Source: Vulcanimicrobiota bacterium
GTDB lineage: Bacteria > Vulcanimicrobiota > Vulcanimicrobiia > Vulcanimicrobiales > Vulcanimicrobiaceae
Direction: 5' to 3'
Length of the DNA stretch: 64,000 nt
NCBI GenBank assembly: GCA_963833095.1
Contig: CAWHWQ010000002.1
Location: 32,001-96,000, forward strand
Of the stretch, positions 49,277-56,935 are shown piece after piece. The position numbers and the translations under genes are program-made. How positions within the stretch are numbered: position 1 is the stretch's first letter; each line of letters opens with the position of its first letter. The notes under the pieces were generated by a model that worked only from the letters and a program-made list of their open reading frames with translations, was not told the DNA's origin and searched no databases.

Positions 49277-49717
49277 TCATCGCTTTCGAACCCAATTGCG
49301 TGGGCCGGGACCTTCCCGGCCCATTTTGTCATTCGGATTAGCAAAGCGGCAGGCGGGGAGCGAGAGGCAGCCGCAGCCGATGCACGCGGTGAGGCCTTTG
49401 CGCAACCGCTTGAGCTCGGCGATGCGCTCGTCGATGCGGGTCATCCAGAGATGCGAAAGCTTCGACCAATCGGAGGGATCCGGAGCGCGCCGGTCGGGAA
49501 GCTTTGCAAGTTCGTCGCCAATCTCGTCGAGCGAAAAACCAACGCGTTGCGCAAAGACGATGAACGCGACCTGGCGCAGGGTCCAGCGCGCATAGAGCCG
49601 ATGTCCGGATGGCGCGCGCCGGGATGCAATCAAGCCGCGATCTTCGTAGAAGCGCAACGCCGACGCGGCGACGCCGCTGCGCTGGGAAACGTCGCTGATG
49701 CTGAGCAGTTCATCCAC
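49277..49717 (-). CDS. soxR: Redox-sensitive activator SoxR
   Basis: MerR HTH (SALRFYE) and CIGCGCLSLPAC 2Fe-2S motif. Confidence 0.95.
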   Translation of the reverse strand: MDELLSISDVSQRSGVAASALRFYEDRGLIASRRAPSGHRLYARWTLRQVAFIVFAQRVGFSLDEIGDELAKLPDRRAPDPSDWSKLSHLWMTRIDERIAELKRLRKGLTACIGCGCLSLPACRFANPNDKMGREGPGPRNWVRKR

Positions 49718-49742
49718 GGCCCAATCCTAGCGCACGCGCGCC

Positions 49743-49773
49743 TTGACTTCAAGTGCACTTTAACTTGTACCAT
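49743..49773 (+). promoter_or_regulatory. SoxR-dependent promoter/operator
   Basis: TTGACT-19 nt-TACCAT with dyad TTCAAGTGCACTTTAA in the spacer (sox-box-like). Confidence 0.85.
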
Positions 49774-49779
49774 GCCTCC

Positions 49780-50629
49780 ATGATACTTGTCACAGGAGCG
49801 ACCGGAACCGTCGGGAACCAGGTCGCGCGCATCCTTGCAAACACTGGAGAGACGGTGCATGCTCTCACGCGTAATCCCGAACGCACATCCTTCCCGAGCG
49901 GCGTTAGCGTCGTTCGCGGCGACTTCACCGATCCGTCGACACTCGAAGCCGCGGCACGTGACGCCGACGCGATCTTTCTCATGCTGCCTGCGATGGACAC
50001 CGACCTCGAACGCGCGATCACGCAAGCAGCGCCGCACGTCGAACGCATCGTCTTTCTCTCGTCGGCTCTGGTGAGCCTCGACGCCACTGGTGCAAGCTTC
50101 ATCGCGCAACGACATGCTTCCGTCGAAAACGCGATCAAGGCGACCGGTGCCGACTGGACGATATTGCGGCCCGGGTATTTCGCGGCGAATGCGCTGCGTT
50201 GGTGGTTGCCGCAGCTCCGCGAAAGCGACAACCTTGCGCTGGCCCTATCCCGGCGCGCGATTCGCACCGATTCACGAACGCGATATGGCTGAGATCGCCG
50301 CGCTCGCCCTGCGCGGCCCGGGTCACGCCGGGAAAACATACGCGCTGACGGGGCCCGAAGCGATCACCGCGGCCGAACAACTCTTCGCCATCGCGCGAAG
50401 CACACGCCGCGATCTTCGATGGGAGGAGGCCCACGGCGACGCCGCGCGCGCCGCGCTGTCGTTCTTGCCGCCGCCTTTACTCGAGGGGATCCTTGCATCG
50501 TGGGAGCGTGCGACATACGAGCCGCCGTTCGTGACCGACACGGTCGCCCGCGTGCTTGGGAAACCCGCGCGCAATTTTGAACAGTGGGCCGCCGATCACG
50601 CGGAAACGTTCGCTAGATCCGCAGCGTGA
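49780..50629 (+). CDS. NmrA-like NAD(P)H-binding oxidoreductase, frameshift near 50230
   Basis: ILVTGATGTVG and WTILRPG in the first frame; RWPYPG..APIHERD..YALTGPEA in the second. Confidence 0.85.
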
Positions 50630-51038
50630 TTTGTTCGCCGTCCAGTAGCGGAATGTTTTGCGGCGCGCCTTTGTAGGGCGCGCCGTTGACGTAAGCGCGC
50701 ACGTGCCCGGTAAACGGCCCCACGCGGGTCCGTGAAAGCGGCTGACCCCACACCGCAAAGAAATCGGCCAGCGTGAACGTGCCGCCCGGCGCCTCCACGT
50801 GAATCGTGCCGGAATCGTCGTGCGTATGCAGCCAATAAAGGCAAAGCACGGCATAGCCGGCCGTCACGATCCCAATATTTGCCGGCACCCGGACGCGCGT
50901 AGCGCCATGCTCGATCGTCAAGTGCGGGTGCAGGTGCTCGCTGAACATCTCGGTCACGTTACAGCCGACGTGGTCCGGTCCAACCGGCTGCCCCGTCGCG
51001 AGGGCCGCAATCAGCGCGGCCGCAGCTATTATCGCCAT
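50613..51038 (-). CDS. Secreted His-motif hypothetical protein
   Basis: HLHPHL..VPANIGI..CLYWLHTHDDSGTIHVEAP..FTLADFFAVWG. Confidence 0.75.
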   Translation of the reverse strand: MAIIAAAALIAALATGQPVGPDHVGCNVTEMFSEHLHPHLTIEHGATRVRVPANIGIVTAGYAVLCLYWLHTHDDSGTIHVEAPGGTFTLADFFAVWGQPLSRTRVGPFTGHVRAYVNGAPYKGAPQNIPLLDGEQITLRI

Positions 51039-51076
51039 TATTCATCCATCGGCCCAAGCCGCGCGTTCCCTAGGTA

Positions 51077-51652
51077 ATGAGCGCTCTTCCCGTCGAACGC
51101 CCCCGCTTAATGCGTCTTGCCCCGGGTGATGATGCGTTCGCGGCGGCATTCGCCGCCAAAGAGCGCTGGGCATTCGACGAAGCGTACACGCGCTTCGGCA
51201 AGCTCCTGTATTCGACCGCGTATCACGTGCTGGGCAGCCCCGAGGATGCGCAGGATTGCGTCCACGACGCCCTCACGCGCGTCTGGCGGTCGGCCGATTC
51301 GTATTCTCGTTCGCGCGGCGGGTTGCGCAGCTTTCTCACGGTCTGCGTGCGCAATGAAGCGATCACCCGTCTTCGCTCGAAGCTGCGCCGGCGCAAGCTC
51401 GAAGAGCGCGTCGCGGCGGAGCCGCAGGAATACGACGAACTTGGTGCCGTCGACGTGATCGAGCGCGATCGTCTGCGTACGGCATTGCACACGCTGCCGC
51501 CCGAGCAGCGCAGGCCGCTCGAACTCGCCTATTTCGAGTACAAAACCCATGTCGAAATCGCGCGCGAATTGAACGAGCCGCTCGGTACGATCAAGAGCCG
51601 CATCGCCCTTGGGCTGCGCAAGCTCGGTGCCGCATTGGGGGCAAGCGAATGA
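51077..51652 (+). CDS. ECF sigma factor (SigK-like)
   Basis: DAQDCVHD, LELAYF, EIARELNEPLGTIKSRI. Confidence 0.9.
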   Translation: MSALPVERPRLMRLAPGDDAFAAAFAAKERWAFDEAYTRFGKLLYSTAYHVLGSPEDAQDCVHDALTRVWRSADSYSRSRGGLRSFLTVCVRNEAITRLRSKLRRRKLEERVAAEPQEYDELGAVDVIERDRLRTALHTLPPEQRRPLELAYFEYKTHVEIARELNEPLGTIKSRIALGLRKLGAALGASE

Positions 51653-52266
51653 CCGATCACCTCGGCGAACTCGCCGCACTCTACGCGCTGGGAATCTTGG
51701 AACGCGCCGAGCAGCGAAACGCAGATGAACATCTCACACATTGTGAGGCGTGCCGCCGCCTGCTGGCTCAGGCCGAAGCCGACGTTGCGGCGATGGCCGC
51801 GGCGCAGCCGCAATTGGAGCCACCGGCTGCGCTGCGCGCACCGCAAACGCAAACGAGGCGCCTACCACAGACCGGGGTGTGGCTCGCCGTCGCGGCGGCC
51901 GTAGTAATCGCCGTGCTGCCCAGCGGCTACCTGCTTGAGCAGAACCTCGCTATGCACCAAACGGAGCTTGCGGATGCGCAAGTGATGTCTCGCCTTGCCT
52001 CCGGTCCACACCGAACGGCGGCCTTTGCCGGCACGGACGCGCAAGTGATGTATGCTCCGGACGGATCGTGGTATTGCATCATCATTCGCGGCGCAACTGC
52101 GCCTCTTCACGTAATGTGGCCGCACGATGGGACGCAAACAATGCTCGGCACAGCGATGCCGCATGGCGACATAGCGCTTCTTTACTTGCCCAAGAGTCAT
52201 CGGATGGACCAGCTTTCGCTGATGAAGGATGGGCAGGTTGTAGGCCAGGCCCTGCTCGTTTTCTAG
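51649..52266 (+). CDS. Zinc-binding membrane anti-sigma factor
   Basis: YALGIL, HLTHCEAC (HxxxCxxC), single TM; ATGA-coupled to the sigma gene. Confidence 0.85.
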   Translation: MTDHLGELAALYALGILERAEQRNADEHLTHCEACRRLLAQAEADVAAMAAAQPQLEPPAALRAPQTQTRRLPQTGVWLAVAAAVVIAVLPSGYLLEQNLAMHQTELADAQVMSRLASGPHRTAAFAGTDAQVMYAPDGSWYCIIIRGATAPLHVMWPHDGTQTMLGTAMPHGDIALLYLPKSHRMDQLSLMKDGQVVGQALLVF

Positions 52267-52281
52267 CCGAAAAGGCGCGGC

Positions 52282-53682
52282 ATGCTGACCGGCTTGGCTT
52301 TCGCCGCGCTTCTCGCTGCAATCACCCCTGCGACACCCGCAGCGTCGATGCACACGTTTACAGCCGCGATGGAGCGCGCGATCGATGCTCTGGGAAATCG
52401 GATCGTGCAAAGCAAACGCTCGCCCGGTCTCGCCGTCGGCGTTGTCGAGGATGGTCGCATCGTCTACGCGCACGGCTTCGGGTTGTCGAACGTCGCGCGG
52501 AACACTCGTTTTGCACCGAGCACCCAGACCTACGTTGGATCGATCAGCAAGCAGTTCACCGCCGCAGCAATTCTCTTGTTGCAGCAAGAAGGCAAGCTCA
52601 AGCTCGACGACCCCGTTACCCGCTACGTCCCCGAGCTAACGATCGCGAAAAACGTTACCGTCCGCGAGCTCCTCAATCAAACGTCCGGCTTACCAGATGA
52701 GCTTGCAGCGACGGACATCGATCAGGATCGCACCAAGAGCATCAAGGTCACGGATATCGTCGCTGCCGTAAACAAAGTTCCGCCGGTTTCGCCGCCGGGT
52801 TCGCAGTTTCGCTATAACAACTTCAACTATCTCGTTGCCGGATTGATCGTCGAGCGCGCGAGCGGCATTCCGCTCTCCGACTATCTGCAGCAGCACATCT
52901 TCATTCCACTCTTGATGAATCAAACGTTCTACGCCGGCGACAGCGGAATCTCACCGCAACACGCGGTCGGCTATACCGGCTCGCCGGGGAATTTCGCGCC
53001 CGCGAAGCCGTGGGATCCCGCCTGGCTCTTCGGCGACGGCGGCGTTGTCAGCAACGTCTACGATTTGGCCAAGTGGGATATCGGCCTGCCGCTGTTACTG
53101 CGCGTTGATGCCGAGCGCGACATGTTTACCCCTAGCGGCGCGCCCGGTGCGGAACAGTACGGGCTAGGGTGGGTCATCGACGAACGCGCTGGAAAGCGCT
53201 ACATCTGGCATAACGGCGAGGTCGGCGGATATTACGCAATGAACGCGCTCCTCCCCGACGATCACGTGGCGGTGATCGTGTTGGCAAACGTCGATGCGTT
53301 TCACTCGCGCTCGGTGGTACAACCCCAAGAGGTTGCGGGGCAGATTCTGGATATCGTGCTTCCGCCGGCGCGAGCGCACGTCGACAATGCGATCGTGGGT
53401 CGCGCTACCGAGTGGCTGGAGCGCATCGCGGACAAGAATATCGATCGCACGCAACTCACGCAGGCGTTCTCGACCTATCTCACCGACGATTTGGTAACGC
53501 ACGCAAGTTCAAGCTTCGCCGCATTAGGAAAGCCCCTCGACGTCATACCGATTGCGAGTGTGTCGCAGAGTGACGGAGGGACGTTATATGAGTTTCTAGT
53601 CCGCTTTAAAAGCGGGACCTATCACTATCGTTTTGGATTGACGTCCGACGGAAAGATCGACGAACTTCTCTTGGCTCCCTAA
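52282..53682 (+). CDS. Secreted serine hydrolase (beta-lactamase family)
   Basis: SISK, YNN, HNG motifs; signal peptide. Confidence 0.88.
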   Translation: MLTGLAFAALLAAITPATPAASMHTFTAAMERAIDALGNRIVQSKRSPGLAVGVVEDGRIVYAHGFGLSNVARNTRFAPSTQTYVGSISKQFTAAAILLLQQEGKLKLDDPVTRYVPELTIAKNVTVRELLNQTSGLPDELAATDIDQDRTKSIKVTDIVAAVNKVPPVSPPGSQFRYNNFNYLVAGLIVERASGIPLSDYLQQHIFIPLLMNQTFYAGDSGISPQHAVGYTGSPGNFAPAKPWDPAWLFGDGGVVSNVYDLAKWDIGLPLLLRVDAERDMFTPSGAPGAEQYGLGWVIDERAGKRYIWHNGEVGGYYAMNALLPDDHVAVIVLANVDAFHSRSVVQPQEVAGQILDIVLPPARAHVDNAIVGRATEWLERIADKNIDRTQLTQAFSTYLTDDLVTHASSSFAALGKPLDVIPIASVSQSDGGTLYEFLVRFKSGTYHYRFGLTSDGKIDELLLAP

Positions 53683-53757
53683 AAAATTCTCGATCACGTC
53701 AGGTCGAGGAAGGGTCACCCGATGTGAGTACGAGCAATTGAGGGCGGCGGTGGCTTC

Positions 53758-54045
53758 CTAGTCGTCGCCGTCGGTGAGGCGGCGCCCAGTAGCTTCAACG
53801 ACTTTTCCAAGCATCGTGATAGCCTCAGCACGCGTCGCGTTGCTAAACATGTAGCGCAAGCGTTCGTCCGCATCCTCGACGATCAGCACTGCGCGTCGAC
53901 CGGAGCGAACTGAAGCGATCAGCGACGACAAATACGACTCGTCCTCGGGAGCGAGCATCGACTGCTCGGCGCCCTCTAACGATCCTTCCAAAAGCCGCCG
54001 CAACACGGCGTCTATGTCGTGAGGTATTTCCACGGCTTCCTCCAC
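53758..54045 (-). CDS. Small hypothetical protein
   Basis: 95 aa ORF filling the gap; protein-like composition. Confidence 0.6.
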   Translation of the reverse strand: MEEAVEIPHDIDAVLRRLLEGSLEGAEQSMLAPEDESYLSSLIASVRSGRRAVLIVEDADERLRYMFSNATRAEAITMLGKVVEATGRRLTDGDD

Positions 54046-54125
54046 GGTTTTACGGCCGCAATGCTTATCTCACACCGCAACCGTTCAAACCCGTACCTCA
54101 ATTATCGGCACGGTTTGGCGCAACT

Positions 54126-54659
54126 TCAATCCCGCGAACCGCGCAGCCACATCAGCGCGATAAGCGTCTTTGCATCAGCAATCTCACCGCTTTCCACGAG
54201 ATTTTGCATTTCTTCAATTGTAAAATTTTGGACAACAATCCGCTCGTCTTCGTCGGGGCTCGGTTCGCCAGCAGTCAGGCGGTCGGCGTGGACGAGATGC
54301 ATGATTTCATCGCAAAAACCGGGGGTCACGTAGAAGCTCCCGATGAGCTGCGCGGCGGAAGCCCGGTAGCCGGTCTCTTCAGCCAGCTCGCGAAGCGCGC
54401 CCTCGGCTATGCTCTCGCCCGGCTCGGCCGTACCGGCCGGAATCTCCCAGAGCGCCCGCCCGACGGCGTGGCGGTATTGCCGCACTAATACCACCATATT
54501 TTTGGAGGGCGTCGCGATCACGGCGTACGAGCCGCGATGCTCCACGATATCCAACCGCGCGGTCGCTCCGTCGTTGAAGGCGATCTCGTCGGTCCGCACA
54601 CGAAAGACGCGCCCGCTGAAGCGCTCCTGCGATGAGATGACTTGAGGTCTGCTCTCCAT
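54126..54659 (-). CDS. NUDIX hydrolase (ADP-ribose pyrophosphatase-like)
   Basis: VRQYR, EIPAG..E......ALRELAEETG, DAKT; AGGAG RBS. Confidence 0.92.
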   Translation of the reverse strand: MESRPQVISSQERFSGRVFRVRTDEIAFNDGATARLDIVEHRGSYAVIATPSKNMVVLVRQYRHAVGRALWEIPAGTAEPGESIAEGALRELAEETGYRASAAQLIGSFYVTPGFCDEIMHLVHADRLTAGEPSPDEDERIVVQNFTIEEMQNLVESGEIADAKTLIALMWLRGSRD

Positions 54660-54672
54660 AACCACTCCTAGC

Positions 54673-54864
54673 GTGCAGCAACGCTCCTCGATTCTGGCCG
54701 AGATCGCCTGGCTTGCCTTCTTTTTCGCGATCTTCGTCATCCTCGTGTACGTCTTCAACATCTTCGTCGTGCCGCATCATTTCAACGACAAAGTGGCCAT
54801 CGTTTTCGCCGCCGGGATCGCGGCGGTTGTGATGATCGCGACGCGAGCGCGGTGGCGACGCTAA
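54673..54864 (+). CDS. Small two-TM membrane protein
   Basis: Two hydrophobic segments; overlaps the start of the next gene. Confidence 0.55.
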   Translation: MQQRSSILAEIAWLAFFFAIFVILVYVFNIFVVPHHFNDKVAIVFAAGIAAVVMIATRARWRR

Positions 54865-55664
54865 CCGGCGCGCACGCCGAGCGCGTGACCCGCGTCCGCG
54901 ATTTGCAGAGCGTGAAGGGGCGCAAAGAGCACGGTCGTTTCGTCTTCGAGGGGCCGACCCTGCTCGACGAGGCGCTGCGCAGCGGCATTGCCGTCGAAGA
55001 GCTATACGTCTCCGACGCCGTGCTTGCAACCAACCCGACGGTCCGTCAACTCGACGAGCGCGGAACCCCCGTCTACGTGGTGGACGACCGCACCCTGCGC
55101 AAGATCTCCGATCTCGACACCCCGACCGGCTTGGTTGCTGTATCTGCCCAGCGACCCGCCGAGTTGGAAGCGGTGCTTGGCGGGCCCCTGACGCTGGTGC
55201 TGGCCGACCTCAACGATCCGGGCAACGTGGGCACCCTGCTGCGCTCGGCCGAAGCCTTCGGCGCCACGGGCGTGGTCCTCGGGCGGCTCGGCGTCGATCC
55301 CTATCACCCAAAGGTCGTCCGCGGCGCGATGGGATCGATCTTTCGGTTGCCGATCGCCATAGCGTCGCCGACGGAATTCGCGCAGGCCGCCGCCCGCGCC
55401 GGGGTAGTGGTGGTCGGCCTCGCGGCGGGCGGCGCCGCTTTGGAGTCGGTCGAGCTAGGCTCGGCCACCGTGTTGGTGGTCGGTCACGAGCGCCGCGGCC
55501 TGGGCCCCTGGGAGCTTCCCGGGGTTCGCTTGGCTGGGATTCCGATGCGAGGAGCCGCTGAATCGCTTAACGCGTCGGTCGCCGGGTCCATCGCGCTTTA
55601 CGTGCTTTCGCTGCGCTGTCAAGAGAGCCGCGAAGGGCCGAAAAGTCAAGACTACCGGCCCTAA
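54852..55664 (+). CDS. TrmH/SpoU RNA methyltransferase
   Basis: DPGNVGTLLRSA, VGHERRG, ESLNASVA. Confidence 0.92.
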   Translation: MATLTGAHAERVTRVRDLQSVKGRKEHGRFVFEGPTLLDEALRSGIAVEELYVSDAVLATNPTVRQLDERGTPVYVVDDRTLRKISDLDTPTGLVAVSAQRPAELEAVLGGPLTLVLADLNDPGNVGTLLRSAEAFGATGVVLGRLGVDPYHPKVVRGAMGSIFRLPIAIASPTEFAQAAARAGVVVVGLAAGGAALESVELGSATVLVVGHERRGLGPWELPGVRLAGIPMRGAAESLNASVAGSIALYVLSLRCQESREGPKSQDYRP

Positions 55665-55672
55665 AGAGCGCG

Positions 55673-55681
55673 TGGTACAAT
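55673..55681 (+). promoter_or_regulatory. Extended -10 promoter for the yqzL-like/pheST transcript
   Basis: TGGTACAAT. Confidence 0.55.
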
Positions 55682-55740
55682 CTCGGCATTCCCATGGTTT
55701 TAGGCCGATTTCCGCGGCTGGAAGGAGACGTCAGCAAGCA

Positions 55741-55833
55741 ATGGCAACCAGCGATCTCTTCTGGAAACTTTTCGCCCAAACGGGCTCGATCAGTGCCTAT
55801 CTTGCATACCGTCGGGTTCCGAGTCCCGGCTGA
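55741..55833 (+). CDS. 30-aa YqzL-like peptide (not in the ORF track)
   Basis: MATSDLFWKLFAQTGSISAYLAYRRVPSPG; the W-x-x-F-x-x-TG-x-I-x-x-YL pattern recalls YqzL; AAGGAG upstream. Confidence 0.75.
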   Translation: MATSDLFWKLFAQTGSISAYLAYRRVPSPG

Positions 55834-55858
55834 CCAAGAAGTCAGCAACGAGTTCCCG

Positions 55859-55897
55859 AAGCGCCCGGTATATGAATCCGGGCGCTTTGAATTTATC
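55859..55897 (+). terminator. Hairpin with T-rich tail at the pheS start
   Basis: AAGCGCCCGG-9 nt-CCGGGCGCTT then TGAATTTAT. Confidence 0.55.
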
Positions 55898-56918
55898 CAC
55901 CCAACTTGACGATTTTCACCGCCGTTTCGAAGCGGCGGTTGCACTCGCAACCGATGAGCGCGCGCTCGAGGATGTGCGGGTCGCATTTCTCGGACGCAGC
56001 GGCGAAGTGACGACGCTGCGGCGCGGCATCGGCCAACTTCCCGCGCAAGAGCGACCCAACGCCGGCAAAGTGATCAACGAAGCGGTCGAGCGCATGGAGC
56101 GAGACCTTCGCATCGCGCAAGCGCGTATCGAGAACCGCGTCTTCGAGGATGAGCTCGCGCAGACAATCGACGTGACCTTTCCGTCGATTCCACCTATGAC
56201 CGGAACGATCCACCCCATTCGCACCGTGCTTCGCGATGCGGCCACGTACTTTCAGCGCCGAGGCTTCGCGGTCGTGGTTGGCCCCGAAATCGAGCCCGAG
56301 TATTACAATTTCGATGCGCTCAACATTCCGCCAACGCATCCGGCGCGTGAGGGTTTCGATTCGTTCTTCATCACCGACTCGATGTTGCTGCGGCCGCACA
56401 CCTCGCCGATGCAGATTCGTACGATGCAAGAGCATCAGCCGCCGATCGCCATCGTCGCACCGGGGCGCTGCTATCGCCGCGACGCGGTAGATGCGCGGCA
56501 TCTTTTTCAATTCAATCAGATCGAAGGGCTGCTGGTTGCGCAGGGCATTCACTTCGGACACCTCAAGGGAATGTTGACGGGGATGTGCCGCGAACTCTTC
56601 GGCGAGGATCAGCGCGTGCGGTTTCGCCCGTCATTCTTTCCGTTTACCGAGCCCAGTGCGGAATTCGACACGACCTGTCCGAAATGCAAGGGCCTGGCCG
56701 ATGCGTGCGGCATGTGCGGCGGATCGGGCTGGATCGAGCTCGGCGGCTCGGGCATGGTGCATCCGAACGTTTTGCGCGAAGTCGGCTATGATCCCGACGT
56801 CTACACCGGCTGGGCTTTCGGCTTTGGTATCGAACGCATTGGCCTTGCCCGGTATGAGATCGACGATATTCGCCGGTTCGTTGAGAGCGATCCCGACTTT
56901 CTCGCGCAACTCGCTTAG
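55872..56918 (+). CDS. pheS: Phenylalanine--tRNA ligase alpha subunit
   Basis: NFDALN..HPAR, LRPHTSP, RFRPSFFPFTEPSAE, AFGFGIER; start ATG 55872 or TTG 55887. Confidence 0.97.
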   Translation: MNPGALNLSTQLDDFHRRFEAAVALATDERALEDVRVAFLGRSGEVTTLRRGIGQLPAQERPNAGKVINEAVERMERDLRIAQARIENRVFEDELAQTIDVTFPSIPPMTGTIHPIRTVLRDAATYFQRRGFAVVVGPEIEPEYYNFDALNIPPTHPAREGFDSFFITDSMLLRPHTSPMQIRTMQEHQPPIAIVAPGRCYRRDAVDARHLFQFNQIEGLLVAQGIHFGHLKGMLTGMCRELFGEDQRVRFRPSFFPFTEPSAEFDTTCPKCKGLADACGMCGGSGWIELGGSGMVHPNVLREVGYDPDVYTGWAFGFGIERIGLARYEIDDIRRFVESDPDFLAQLA

Positions 56919-56935
56919 AAAGATTTCCTTCGACA

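Noticed and set aside
55682..55890. T-box riboswitch before pheS
   Set aside because: No GGTGG-n-ACC-type T-box sequence visible, and the space is occupied by a small ORF.
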